64,000 nucleotides of DNA from a virus. Lineage: Duplodnaviria; Caudoviricetes. A program made the position numbers and the translations under genes. Below the pieces are notes generated by a model. That model had not been told where the DNA came from. It made no database searches and saw only the letters and a program-made list of their open reading frames with translations. Location of the stretch: positions 1 to 64,000 of IMG/VR virus record IMGVR_UViG_645058824_000001. One strand, given 5' to 3'. Positions 53,746 through 61,707 of the stretch are shown piece by piece. The stretch's first letter is position 1, and each line of letters begins with the position of its first letter.

Positions 53746-53888
53746 GTCCATGGGATCGAGTCTCCGCGCGCACGCCCACGCAGACCATGAAGATCCCGTG
53801 CAGCGCCATGCAGTGATCTGAAGCGGAATCTGCAGGCCCATGCAGACCCGCTACGACAGGGCCCACAAAGGCGGCCGAGGAGCCGATA

Positions 53889-54530
53889 GTGGACGACGTT
53901 CGACAGCAGTGGACCGGGCAGAAAGCCGCCTGGCTCCAGGACGCATTCGAAATGACACAGGAGCAGTTCGCGGGACGGCTCGGGGTGTCGGTGCGCAGCG
54001 TCGCAGCTTGGCGCGCCAACCCGACGATGGTGCCCCAGCCGGAAACGCAGCGGATCCTGGACACGGCCTACGGGAGGGCAGGTGATGCGGTGCGCCGCCG
54101 GTTCATCCACTTGTCGCGGATAGCTACGCCCCAGCCGGAGGCGCAGGCGCTGCGGGTGGCAATCGCTGTGGTCCGCCGCGGCGGTGACGTGCTCCTCGTG
54201 TGCAGGCAGGACGGCGACGACATCTCCTGGCAGTTCCCGGCCGGCATCGTGAAGCCGGGTGGGAGCGCGGCGAAGGTCGCGGTGCGGGAGACCCTGGACG
54301 AGACCGGCGTGCACTGCATGGTCCGCGAGCACCTGGGTGAACGGCTGCATCCTGTGACGCGCACCGTGTGCGACTACTTCGTCTGCGACTACGTGCACGG
54401 TGAGGCAGTCAACGGGGACTCCTCGGAGAACGTCGCCGTCGCCTGGGCTCCGATAGGGGAGCTTGCCCGCTACATCCCCACCGACCGCATCTACCCGCCG
54501 ATCCTGACCGCCTTGGAGGCGATCGTATGA
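53889..54530 (+). CDS. XRE-HTH-NUDIX fusion (degenerate Nudix box)
   Basis: [20 protein letters not shown]; [27 protein letters not shown]. Confidence 0.85.
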   Translation: MDDVRQQWTGQKAAWLQDAFEMTQEQFAGRLGVSVRSVAAWRANPTMVPQPETQRILDTAYGRAGDAVRRRFIHLSRIATPQPEAQALRVAIAVVRRGGDVLLVCRQDGDDISWQFPAGIVKPGGSAAKVAVRETLDETGVHCMVREHLGERLHPVTRTVCDYFVCDYVHGEAVNGDSSENVAVAWAPIGELARYIPTDRIYPPILTALEAIV

Positions 54531-54931
54531 CCGAGACGACCAAGCCCGACGTGTCCGCCGCGATCATCACCGACGGGGAGCACGTCCTGATGGTGCGGCG
54601 CCGCGTGAAGGAGGGCGAGCTGTCGTGGCAGTTCCCGGCCGGCGGTGTCGAGGACGGCGAGACGGCGGAGGAGGCGGCGGTGCGGGAGACGCTCGAGGAG
54701 ACCGGCCTGACCGTGAAGGCCGTGCGCTACATCGGCGACCGGGTGCACCCGAAGAGCGGCAAGTTCATGGCGTACACGGCGTGCGAGGTCGTCTCGGGTA
54801 CGGCGACGGTGGCCGACGAGGAGGAGCTCGACCAGGTGGCGTGGGTGCGGCACGAGGAGATCCCCGGCCTGGTCCCCTACGGCCTGTTCGGTCCGGTGCA
54901 GGCCTACCTCGACGACGTCCTGCCGCACTGA
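54527..54931 (+). CDS. NUDIX hydrolase
   Basis: Intact box [23 protein letters not shown]. Confidence 0.92.
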   Translation: MTETTKPDVSAAIITDGEHVLMVRRRVKEGELSWQFPAGGVEDGETAEEAAVRETLEETGLTVKAVRYIGDRVHPKSGKFMAYTACEVVSGTATVADEEELDQVAWVRHEEIPGLVPYGLFGPVQAYLDDVLPH

Positions 54932-55192
54932 AATCGGCCACTTGGATCATTTCCGGCCATCTTCAGGCGAGCCTTACTCCAGTCGGCGCGAAATGACGAC
55001 GCTCCTTAACGCGTACTTTTCGAAATTCCCAGTTCACCACTGCCGCAGGTGAGCAGGCCGAGGTGTCGACCTTCCCACTCAACTGAGTACGCGCTCCGTT
55101 CCCCCATATGGGTGACGACATAAGAAAGTCGCAGGTGAAATGAGGTGCAGCGGCCCTCGGGAGCCTGCTCTAGAGTCTTCTCCAGAACGACG

Positions 55193-55251
55193 AACGGCCG
55201 AGCGGTTCGCACCCGCCCGGCCGTTTCAACCAGCGAGTTCGCACCTCGCTG
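55193..55251 (+). ncRNA. twin hairpins with an identical TTCGCAC loop (putative leader RNA)
   Basis: 13-bp stem (1 mismatch) and perfect 7-bp stem, same 7-nt loop, about 40 nt before the 55290 ATG. Confidence 0.4.
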
Positions 55252-55289
55252 ATCAATCAACCCGCTCCTAGCAGAGAGAAGGTTTCGTC

Positions 55290-55760
55290 ATGACTGTATC
55301 GCAGGGGTGCGTTACCCCTCAGCGCGAGATGCCGGCCCCACGCTCCTGGTCGTTCGTCGACCGTCGCACCGGTGAGCGCGTGCAGTACACCTGTATGGAC
55401 GGCTGCACGATCGACCACTCCCGCGAGATGGGACGCGCGATCTTCCGCGAGGACGTGTGGTGCTGGTTCTGGGACCGGCCGTTGACGCTGCCGGTCAACA
55501 CGAGTGGCGAGCCTGAGACGTTCCAGGTCCTCAATACGGTCATCAAGGTCGAGCCGTGGTCGTCGAAGTTCGCTGAGCGGCTGCCCTATGCGGTGATCGA
55601 GCTGCTGGACGACCACTTCATCGAGGGCCTGGATCCGGACGGCCTGGAGACCGTCATCAACACGCTCGCGGCCCGGGTCGAGGGGATGCGGGCCACGCAC
55701 CGCCGTCTGGTCGAGGTGCGTGAGGAGTACCGGGCGCGAAGGCGCAGCGCGACCGGCTGA
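55290..55760 (+). CDS. DUF6907-like protein
   Basis: CMDGCTIDH...EDVWC; GAAGG RBS. Confidence 0.65.
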   Translation: MTVSQGCVTPQREMPAPRSWSFVDRRTGERVQYTCMDGCTIDHSREMGRAIFREDVWCWFWDRPLTLPVNTSGEPETFQVLNTVIKVEPWSSKFAERLPYAVIELLDDHFIEGLDPDGLETVINTLAARVEGMRATHRRLVEVREEYRARRRSATG

Positions 55761-55810
55761 GCCCCGTCGGTGCCGGCGCCGCTCGAGGTGTTGCGGGCCT
55801 GACGACGGAC

Positions 55811-55847
55811 GACGCCCCCGGCCTTCGAACGAGAAGCGGGGGCGTCG
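55811..55847. terminator. hairpin terminator
   Basis: GACGCCCCCG.../GGGGGCGTC. Confidence 0.6.
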
Positions 55848-55854
55848 GCATTCT

Positions 55855-56217
55855 TCAGCGTTTCCCGAGCCACTTCCTGACGGACATCCGGTCGATGCCG
55901 GCCTGCTGGGCGAATCCGGCTTCGGTGGCGTCGCCATTGTTGATGCGGGTGACGCCGATCTGCCGCAGGGCCACGAGTGCCTTACGCTCGGCGATTCGAG
56001 CGGCGGCGCGCTGGTTGGCGAGTTCGGCGATGAGGTCTTCCGGGGCCTCGACCATGAGGCGGTAGGCGGCAGTGAGGGCGGCTTCGCGGTCGTCGCGGTC
56101 GTCCTCGCCGGGGTACTGCTCTTCGATTTCGTTGGCGGTGCGGAGGAGTTCGTCGATCTGGTCGTCGCTGAGGCCGTGGTCGTTGCCGAGCCAGGCTTCG
56201 AGTTCGTACTGCTGCAT
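55855..56217 (-). CDS. protein with C-terminal HTH
   Basis: TEAGFAQQAGIDRMSVRKWLGK. Confidence 0.75.
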   Translation of the reverse strand: MQQYELEAWLGNDHGLSDDQIDELLRTANEIEEQYPGEDDRDDREAALTAAYRLMVEAPEDLIAELANQRAAARIAERKALVALRQIGVTRINNGDATEAGFAQQAGIDRMSVRKWLGKR

Positions 56218-56220
56218 GGG

Positions 56221-56553
56221 TCAGTTCTCCAGGGTGTCGCAGGCGTGGCAGTCGCAGGGGTAGGGGGCGACGGTGGGGCCGCCGACGGCCTCGGCGAACG
56301 CGTTGCCCTCCGGGGTGCGGTGGCCCTCGGGGGCGTGGAAGATGTCCATCTGGTCGGTGGCGGCCTCGTAGAGGGCGCGGGCGTGGCCCTCGCCGCGGTG
56401 GTCCTCGTCGACCCAGATGTTCATGATCTCGTGGCGGTCGGTGGAGACGTAGAGCTCGGCGATGAGTTGGCCGTCGGCGTCGTGGGTTTCCCAGATGTGG
56501 TTGCTGCTGCCGTCGCCGTAGTAGTCGCCGGTGCGGGTGGTGATCGTCAGCAT
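56221..56553 (-). CDS. GNAT-family acetyltransferase
   Basis: Motif A IWVDEDHRGEGHARALYE; GGAGG RBS. Confidence 0.78.
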   Translation of the reverse strand: MLTITTRTGDYYGDGSSNHIWETHDADGQLIAELYVSTDRHEIMNIWVDEDHRGEGHARALYEAATDQMDIFHAPEGHRTPEGNAFAEAVGGPTVAPYPCDCHACDTLEN

Positions 56554-56582
56554 GGAAGTCCCCTCCGGAGCGCCCCTCGCTC

Positions 56583-56626
56583 CATCTGTAGACCAGACTA
56601 CAGATGCCCTGTAGTCCTGTCTACAG
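56583..56626 (-). promoter_or_regulatory. promoter covered by two CTGTAG-N6-CTACAG operators
   Basis: TAGACA-17-TAGTCT on the minus strand; palindromes at 56583-56606 and 56609-56626. Confidence 0.72.
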
Positions 56627-56649
56627 ATCGGCGCACATGAGGACACACC

Positions 56650-56685
56650 GACGCCCCCGGCCGTAGACCGCGACCGGGGGCGTCG
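56650..56685. terminator. hairpin terminator
   Basis: GACGCCCCCGG/CCGGGGGCGTC. Confidence 0.65.
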
Positions 56686-56690
56686 CGTTG

Positions 56691-57500
56691 TCAGCTGCTG
56701 GTGTCGTCGGGTGCGGCTCGGTCGTCAATGACGATGCGGACCGCGTCGGCGCCGTCGCCGCGGTGGGGCCGGGTGACGATCTCCTGCACGGTCTCGGTGA
56801 GCCGCTCATGGAGGTGCGCGGCGATGGCGCGGGTGCCGGCCTCGGGGGCGGTGCGGCTGACGCGGTGAAGACTGGTCAGGGCGGCGACGAGGCTCGGCCC
56901 GGACACCTTGGCCAGGACGACCCCTTCGGCACCCCGGACCTCGGCCGGGAGGTGGAAGTGCTGGTCGGCGCCGACGTGCTTGACCAAGAATTCCCAGGTG
57001 TCGCGGTGGGCGTGGAGGGTAGCGGCGGAGATACCGGCAGCGGCCCGGAGGGTGTCGACGTCGGGCTCATCCAGCGGGTCCGGACGTTCGGGCTCGGGTT
57101 CGGGGTCAGGTTCGGGCACCGCCTCGGGGACGGGTGTCGGCTCGGGTTCCGGGGCGGGCGGGCTGGCCGGCTCTGCCGCGGGCGCGGGCGGGCTGGCGGC
57201 CTGCTCCTGGAGTCGGCTGTCGAGCTGGCCGATGGCGCTGCGGATCGTGACGAGCTCCCCGCCGATGCTCGCGACGGGCCCGGTGACGATGTCGTTGGTG
57301 CGGCTCATGGCGTCCCGGGCGACGGCCCGGATCTCCGCGAGGCCGGTCGTGATCGCCGCGGTGGCGTCCTGGCGGATCTGATTGATGGTGTTCTGCTGGT
57401 CGTTGACCTGCTGCTTGACGGCGGCAAGGTCGGTGGCGAGTTTCCCGAGCTGCTCGATGATCTGCTGAAGCTGGGCCCGGTCTCCGCTACCAAATGGCAC
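56691..57500 (-). CDS. coiled-coil + Pro/Glu linker + C-terminal domain protein
   Basis: Heptads at the N-terminus; PEPEP repeats; GGGGGA RBS. Confidence 0.7.
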   Translation of the reverse strand: MPFGSGDRAQLQQIIEQLGKLATDLAAVKQQVNDQQNTINQIRQDATAAITTGLAEIRAVARDAMSRTNDIVTGPVASIGGELVTIRSAIGQLDSRLQEQAASPPAPAAEPASPPAPEPEPTPVPEAVPEPDPEPEPERPDPLDEPDVDTLRAAAGISAATLHAHRDTWEFLVKHVGADQHFHLPAEVRGAEGVVLAKVSGPSLVAALTSLHRVSRTAPEAGTRAIAAHLHERLTETVQEIVTRPHRGDGADAVRIVIDDRAAPDDTSS

Positions 57501-57663
57501 GCTTTCCCCCTTGCAGTCACTAGTGACCTTGAAAGGGTGGAGTGGGGATGACTTGTCGACAAGGAGGCAAACCGGCCAGCGGCACCGGAAACGCGCGCTT
57601 GACGACACGACGACACCCCCGCCCGGGATAGGCGGGGGGCATCACACTGTCAGCTAGAGAGCG

Positions 57664-58071
57664 TCAGAGCCGGTCGAGCGGTCCCCGGAACTGCTGAAGG
57701 CGTAACCCTTCCTCGGGGGTCTGCCAGCTGTTCGCGGCGTACTGGGCGGCCTTCTCGCGCCAGGGTAGGGAGCGAGGCCCCCAGTTCTTGTTGCCGTCGT
57801 GGCAGGACATCACCGAGTTACAGCGGTCGCATACGAGTCCGCGCACGTAGCAGGCGGGGCGACCACTGAAGTGGTCGATGACCAGGCGCCGGTTTGGCGT
57901 CTCCGCCTCTGGGGTGCCGCAGATCTCGCAGCAGTCGCGTGCGCGTGCGCGTAGGGCGTCGTACTCGTCGCAGGTCAGCCGGAAGCGGCTGTAGTGCCAG
58001 CAGATCGCGCCGCGCGGGTGGTGGCGGTTCTGGTCCTTGGAGGCGAACTCCACCCCGTTGATGTCGATCAC
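57664..58071 (-). CDS. endonuclease VII-family nuclease
   Basis: LTCDEYDAL...CEICG...LVIDH...VRGLVCDRCN. Confidence 0.85.
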   Translation of the reverse strand: MIDINGVEFASKDQNRHHPRGAICWHYSRFRLTCDEYDALRARARDCCEICGTPEAETPNRRLVIDHFSGRPACYVRGLVCDRCNSVMSCHDGNKNWGPRSLPWREKAAQYAANSWQTPEEGLRLQQFRGPLDRL

Positions 58072-58343
58072 TCGGAGCTCCCCTTCCTGGGGGAGCGACT
58101 GTGCCCGCGGGCGATGCCACTGACGCGTTCGGGCTTCACGCCGAGGCGAGGGGCCATGTCGGTGTAGCTCATACCGTCGCGCTCATGGAGGGTGCGGACG
58201 ACGTGCTGCCGGCGTTCCCGTAGCCACTTCTGGAGGTCCGGGATGGCGGCAAGGGCCTGGGTGAGGGCGACGGCTTGGTCAATGCTCTCGCCGCCGGCCG
58301 CGAGGTCGGCGAGCTGCTCGAACGGTGCGGGTGGCTTGGTCAT
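58068..58343 (-). CDS. HTH regulator (leaderless)
   Basis: GMSYTDMAPRLGVKPERVSGI; TACCCT-N6-ATG. Confidence 0.78.
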   Translation of the reverse strand: MTKPPAPFEQLADLAAGGESIDQAVALTQALAAIPDLQKWLRERRQHVVRTLHERDGMSYTDMAPRLGVKPERVSGIARGHSRSPRKGSSE

Positions 58344-58355
58344 GGGGCGAGGGTA

Positions 58356-58419
58356 GTGGGTACCCGCCAAACAATCCAGTGGGTACCCACTTGTCGAATT
58401 GATGGGTACCCACTAATCT
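58356..58419. promoter_or_regulatory. divergent promoters with three TGGGTACCC operators at 23-bp period
   Basis: Copies at 58357, 58380, 58403; rightward TTGTCG-17-TAATCT. Confidence 0.78.
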
Positions 58420-58451
58420 GGAGTTGTCAGGACGCCAACTAGGGAGATGCA

Positions 58452-58757
58452 GTGAGCGTGATGACCGAGAACAAGGCGCCGGCCATGAGCGAGACATTCG
58501 AGCCGGTGGACTTCAGCAACGTGCACGAGGGCGACCGCGTCTCGTTCCTCACCAACGAGAACGGCTACGGCGGACGCGGCTGGTACGAGCGCACCGGGAC
58601 AGTCGTCAAGGTCACCGAGAAGACTGTCCGGGTCGAGTGCGACGACGCATCGACACGCGTCAAGCGGGACATCGCGGTCCTGCGCCGGGCCGACTGGTAC
58701 CCGCGCTCCGTCCGCAAGTTCACCGCGAAGCCGGGCGCCGACCGCTTCACCCACTGA
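58452..58757 (+). CDS. hypothetical SH3-like beta protein
   Basis: AGGGAG RBS; GDRV...GTVVKVTEKTVRV. Confidence 0.65.
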   Translation: MSVMTENKAPAMSETFEPVDFSNVHEGDRVSFLTNENGYGGRGWYERTGTVVKVTEKTVRVECDDASTRVKRDIAVLRRADWYPRSVRKFTAKPGADRFTH

Positions 58758-58837
58758 GCTGAGGCAGCTACCCAACGCTGCCAATGTCGCGCGGGGCGAC
58801 CGCCTCGGATCCTGCCCGGAACGAACACGAAAACCGG

Positions 58838-58872
58838 CGATGCCCCGGCCGAGGGAAGCGGCCGGGGCATCG
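58838..58872. terminator. bidirectional hairpin terminator
   Basis: 14-bp stem CGATGCCCCGGCCG/CGGCCGGGGCATCG. Confidence 0.7.
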
Positions 58873-58967
58873 CCCGTACCGTACCTGAATGAAGAGATGA
58901 CGCCGAAGCCCCGCCATTGCGCGGGGCTTCGGCGACGCCTCAGCCGTCGCGTCCGCCCGGCTACCGG

Positions 58968-59420
58968 TCACGACTCCTTGGTCTGGCCGGTGCTGGCGGC
59001 GTCGCGGATGGCGGCGGCGAGGTTGTCGGGGTTGTCCTGGACGGGATGCCCGGCGGCGATCTGGGCGGCGAGAGTCTCCACCCGGGCGAGGGCGGCTTCG
59101 GCGGCATCCCGTTGCCGTCCGGCTTCGTGCATGAGCTGGATGGCACGCACTGCGGTCCAGGTGGCGGTGTCTGTGCCGGTGGGGATCGGGCCGAGGATGG
59201 TCTCCAGGACGGCGCGGGCGACGGCACGGCGGGCAGACAACGGCAGCCACGCCCCCGCGGCGCGCAACGCGGGCTGGACGGCGTTGAAGGCGTGCGCCTC
59301 GAGCTGGGACCAGGCCGCGGGGACGGCCGACCCGCCGTCGGGGGCGAGGGCGGCGGCCCGGTCTTGCTGCTGCTTCCGCGCCCACCCAATAGGACCGCGG
59401 GGCTCGGGCTGGTCGGTCAT
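58968..59420 (-). CDS. hypothetical protein
   Basis: GGAAGG RBS; MTDQP start. Confidence 0.6.
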   Translation of the reverse strand: MTDQPEPRGPIGWARKQQQDRAAALAPDGGSAVPAAWSQLEAHAFNAVQPALRAAGAWLPLSARRAVARAVLETILGPIPTGTDTATWTAVRAIQLMHEAGRQRDAAEAALARVETLAAQIAAGHPVQDNPDNLAAAIRDAASTGQTKES

Positions 59421-59761
59421 GCGGCTTCCTTCCGTTGCTGACGACGGCTGTTGCGGTAGGCGCGCTCCCCCGCCTTGCACAGGTCGCAGGGCTCTTCGCC
59501 GCGATACAGGTGAGCGGCGTAGCCGGCGTGGTCGCCGTGGCGTTCCCGGCGGAGGATCCCGGCCTGGTAGGCGAGGTGCACGGCGTGGGCTTGGCTACGG
59601 GCACCCAGCTTCTTGATCGCACTGTGGGCGTAGTTCTTGACGGTGGCGTGGGCGAGGATGAGGTCGGCGGCGATCTCGGCGTAGCTGGCGCCTTCGGCTA
59701 TCGCTTTGAGGACTTGGATCTCGCGTTCGACGAGGGGCATCCCTGGGCGGGCGGCTCTCAC
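59417..59761 (-). CDS. LuxR-type HTH regulator with C-terminal His/Cys module
   Basis: REIQVLKAIAEGASYAEIAADL...TVKNY...KKLGARS; HGDHAGYAAH...PCDLC. Confidence 0.82.
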   Translation of the reverse strand: MRAARPGMPLVEREIQVLKAIAEGASYAEIAADLILAHATVKNYAHSAIKKLGARSQAHAVHLAYQAGILRRERHGDHAGYAAHLYRGEEPCDLCKAGERAYRNSRRQQRKEAA

Positions 59762-59955
59762 GGCTTGCCACCTCGCCTCCGGGGTGCGGCGAGCCTGCCT
59801 TCGCGGATGGCTTTCTGCCTGAGGGCGTCTTCGATGACGGTGGCGGGGACGAGGCCGGGGAAGCAGTCGGCGAGCAAGCGTTCGGTGGTGGCGCTGATGT
59901 AGCGGCGGCGGCCCGGCTTCGCGGGCAGACGCTCGGCCGGCTTCGCAGGGTTCAC
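59758..59955 (-). CDS. hypothetical protein
   Basis: Coupled overlaps on both sides. Confidence 0.5.
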   Translation of the reverse strand: MNPAKPAERLPAKPGRRRYISATTERLLADCFPGLVPATVIEDALRQKAIREGRLAAPRRRGGKP

Positions 59956-60173
59956 CGGGCACCCCCGTTGATTCGGCGGGCGAGGGCGAGCACCGCATCG
60001 TCGAGGCGGGTGCTGGGGTGGCTGTCGGGGCGCTGCCGCCAGTCGTCCCCGTACTCGACGAGGAGTTGGGCGACGCCGGGGAACAGCACGTGGAGTGGGG
60101 TGCCACGCCAGTTCGCATCGTCCATGGCGTCCAAGCGCCGGGCGGCGGCGGAGAGTTCCTGATCGGGTGTCAC
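59952..60173 (-). CDS. hypothetical protein
   Basis: GAAAGG RBS. Confidence 0.55.
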   Translation of the reverse strand: MTPDQELSAAARRLDAMDDANWRGTPLHVLFPGVAQLLVEYGDDWRQRPDSHPSTRLDDAVLALARRINGGAR

Positions 60174-60237
60174 AGTGCGGGCCTTTCGGGGAGAACCGCC
60201 ACCCCCGGACCGGGGCGGCGGGTGGTTCAGGGGCGGG

Positions 60238-60648
60238 TCAGCGGGCGGGCTGGAAGGTCCACCAGCCGTCGTAGCCGTCGGGGATGGCCGGGTAGCCGGC
60301 GAGCATCGGGCGGAGAATCTCGAGGTGCTGCTCCTGGTCGGCGAGGGTGCCGGTGCCCCAGTACGAGGTGCCGTCCCAACGGCCGTGGGTGTCGCCGCCG
60401 TACCGGCCGTCGTCGTGCTGCTCCAGGAACTGGCGGGCGTCGGCGGGCTCGGGGTGCTGGAGGTCCCAGAGTTCGCCGATGCAGGCGACGGTGATGCCCT
60501 TACGGCGGCGGAACCAGACGGCGTCGATGCGGCCGTCGAAGTAGTACTCGTTCCGGCCCTGCGGGGTTTCGGTGCGGCTGCCGCGCAGGCTGCCGAGGTT
60601 GACGGCGTAGGGCTTGCGGGAGATCAGGAAACGATCCTCACGGATCAC
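60238..60648 (-). CDS. hypothetical protein
   Basis: GGAGG RBS; aromatic-rich. Confidence 0.65.
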   Translation of the reverse strand: MIREDRFLISRKPYAVNLGSLRGSRTETPQGRNEYYFDGRIDAVWFRRRKGITVACIGELWDLQHPEPADARQFLEQHDDGRYGGDTHGRWDGTSYWGTGTLADQEQHLEILRPMLAGYPAIPDGYDGWWTFQPAR

Positions 60649-60719
60649 GGTTCCTCCGGTGGGTAGTCGGTGGTGCACGGGGCCGCGCCCGAGGTTGAGC
60701 GGGAGCGGCCCCGGCAGGT

Positions 60720-60980
60720 TCAGGGGCGGGTGATGTGGAGGCGGCGTCGTCCGCCGCCGGGCTGCTGGTCGGGCACGACGTGGAAGCCCGCGGCCTGCAG
60801 CTCGAGGGCGTACCGCTCGAGGCCGTCCTTCTCGCCGGGCCCGTCGTGGAAGACGTTGACCTGACGGCGGCCCGCTTGTGCGGTACGCCAGCCGGGGTCC
60901 CAGTCGCCGTCGATGAACTCGGACTGCGGGTACGGGGCGAGGACGGCGTCGACGTCGCGGGCGCGGATCACGCGCGGCAT
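60720..60980 (-). CDS. hypothetical protein
   Basis: ATG overlaps the MazG-like gene stop. Confidence 0.6.
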   Translation of the reverse strand: MPRVIRARDVDAVLAPYPQSEFIDGDWDPGWRTAQAGRRQVNVFHDGPGEKDGLERYALELQAAGFHVVPDQQPGGGRRRLHITRP

Positions 60981-61312
60981 CAGGCGGTCACCGTCTCGGG
61001 GGTGCGCGGCCTGCTCGCGATCTTCGCGAGCTTGGCCCGCAGGTGCTCTTCCGGGTCGTCGCTGATGGACGCGAGGGCGACGGCGGCGGTGACGATGACG
61101 TCGCAGAGTTCGTCGGCGACGTCGGTCGTGGTGTGGGTGACGCCCTTGCGCGGGTTCTGGCCGCGCACGCCGATCCACGCTTGGGCGGCCTCGCCGACCT
61201 CCTCGGACAGTTTGAGGATGCGGAGGCTGATCTCGTCGGGGCTGTAGCCGTTCTCGGCGTTGAGCCAGGCGACGAGGTCGCGGATGGTGGACCACTGCTC
61301 GGGGCTGATCAT
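60980..61312 (-). CDS. MazG-like nucleotide pyrophosphohydrolase
   Basis: KLSEEVGEAAQA...GQNPRKG...VADELCDV (EExxE...ExxD). Confidence 0.85.
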   Translation of the reverse strand: MISPEQWSTIRDLVAWLNAENGYSPDEISLRILKLSEEVGEAAQAWIGVRGQNPRKGVTHTTTDVADELCDVIVTAAVALASISDDPEEHLRAKLAKIASRPRTPETVTA

Positions 61313-61488
61313 GAGTGTCCTTTCGGGTGTTCGGTGGGATTGATGGGTTCGAGAGGCCGCGTGCGCCTCCCTGGGACTCGTAGACGGGCGCGGATGTCGC
61401 GACGCACCGACTTCCGGGGTTGAGGCCGCGAGAGGGGCCGTCAAAGGCTTTCTCGGGGCCGAGTTGGCGGTGTGGGGATCTGCCGCCA

Positions 61489-61707
61489 CTACTCGACCGC
61501 CGGTTCTGTCACCGTTTGAGGGACTTCAACCCCCATCCGGAACGCGGCCAACTCCACCGCCTCCCGGATCGACAGCCCGCCATCCGACTCCGCCCACATC
61601 TGCGCCGCCCGCCGGGCAAGCTCATCCGCGATCGCCTGCGCCTCCGGCGACATCGACGGACGCCCCTTCCGGGAACGACGGCCAGGCGTGAAGTCGTGGT
61701 CGGTCAC
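61489..61707 (-). CDS. hypothetical protein
   Basis: GTG overlaps the upstream stop. Confidence 0.5.
   Translation of the reverse strand: MTDHDFTPGRRSRKGRPSMSPEAQAIADELARRAAQMWAESDGGLSIREAVELAAFRMGVEVPQTVTEPAVE

Larger units (their letters stand above)
45304..55760. mobile_element. AICE/plasmid-like conjugative transfer block embedded in the phage (boundaries approximate)
   Basis: TraB, clt-like repeats, spd-like membrane genes, divergent HTH, HTH-NUDIX and NUDIX genes. Confidence 0.65.

Noticed and set aside
55193-55251. tRNA gene or tRNA-derived att site
   Set aside because: Only T-loop-like hairpins; no acceptor stem, D-arm or anticodon arm
58356-58412. Regularly spaced palindromes as a mini-CRISPR
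   Set aside because: Repeats are about 10 bp with about 13-bp gaps, there are no cas genes, and they overlap promoter elements
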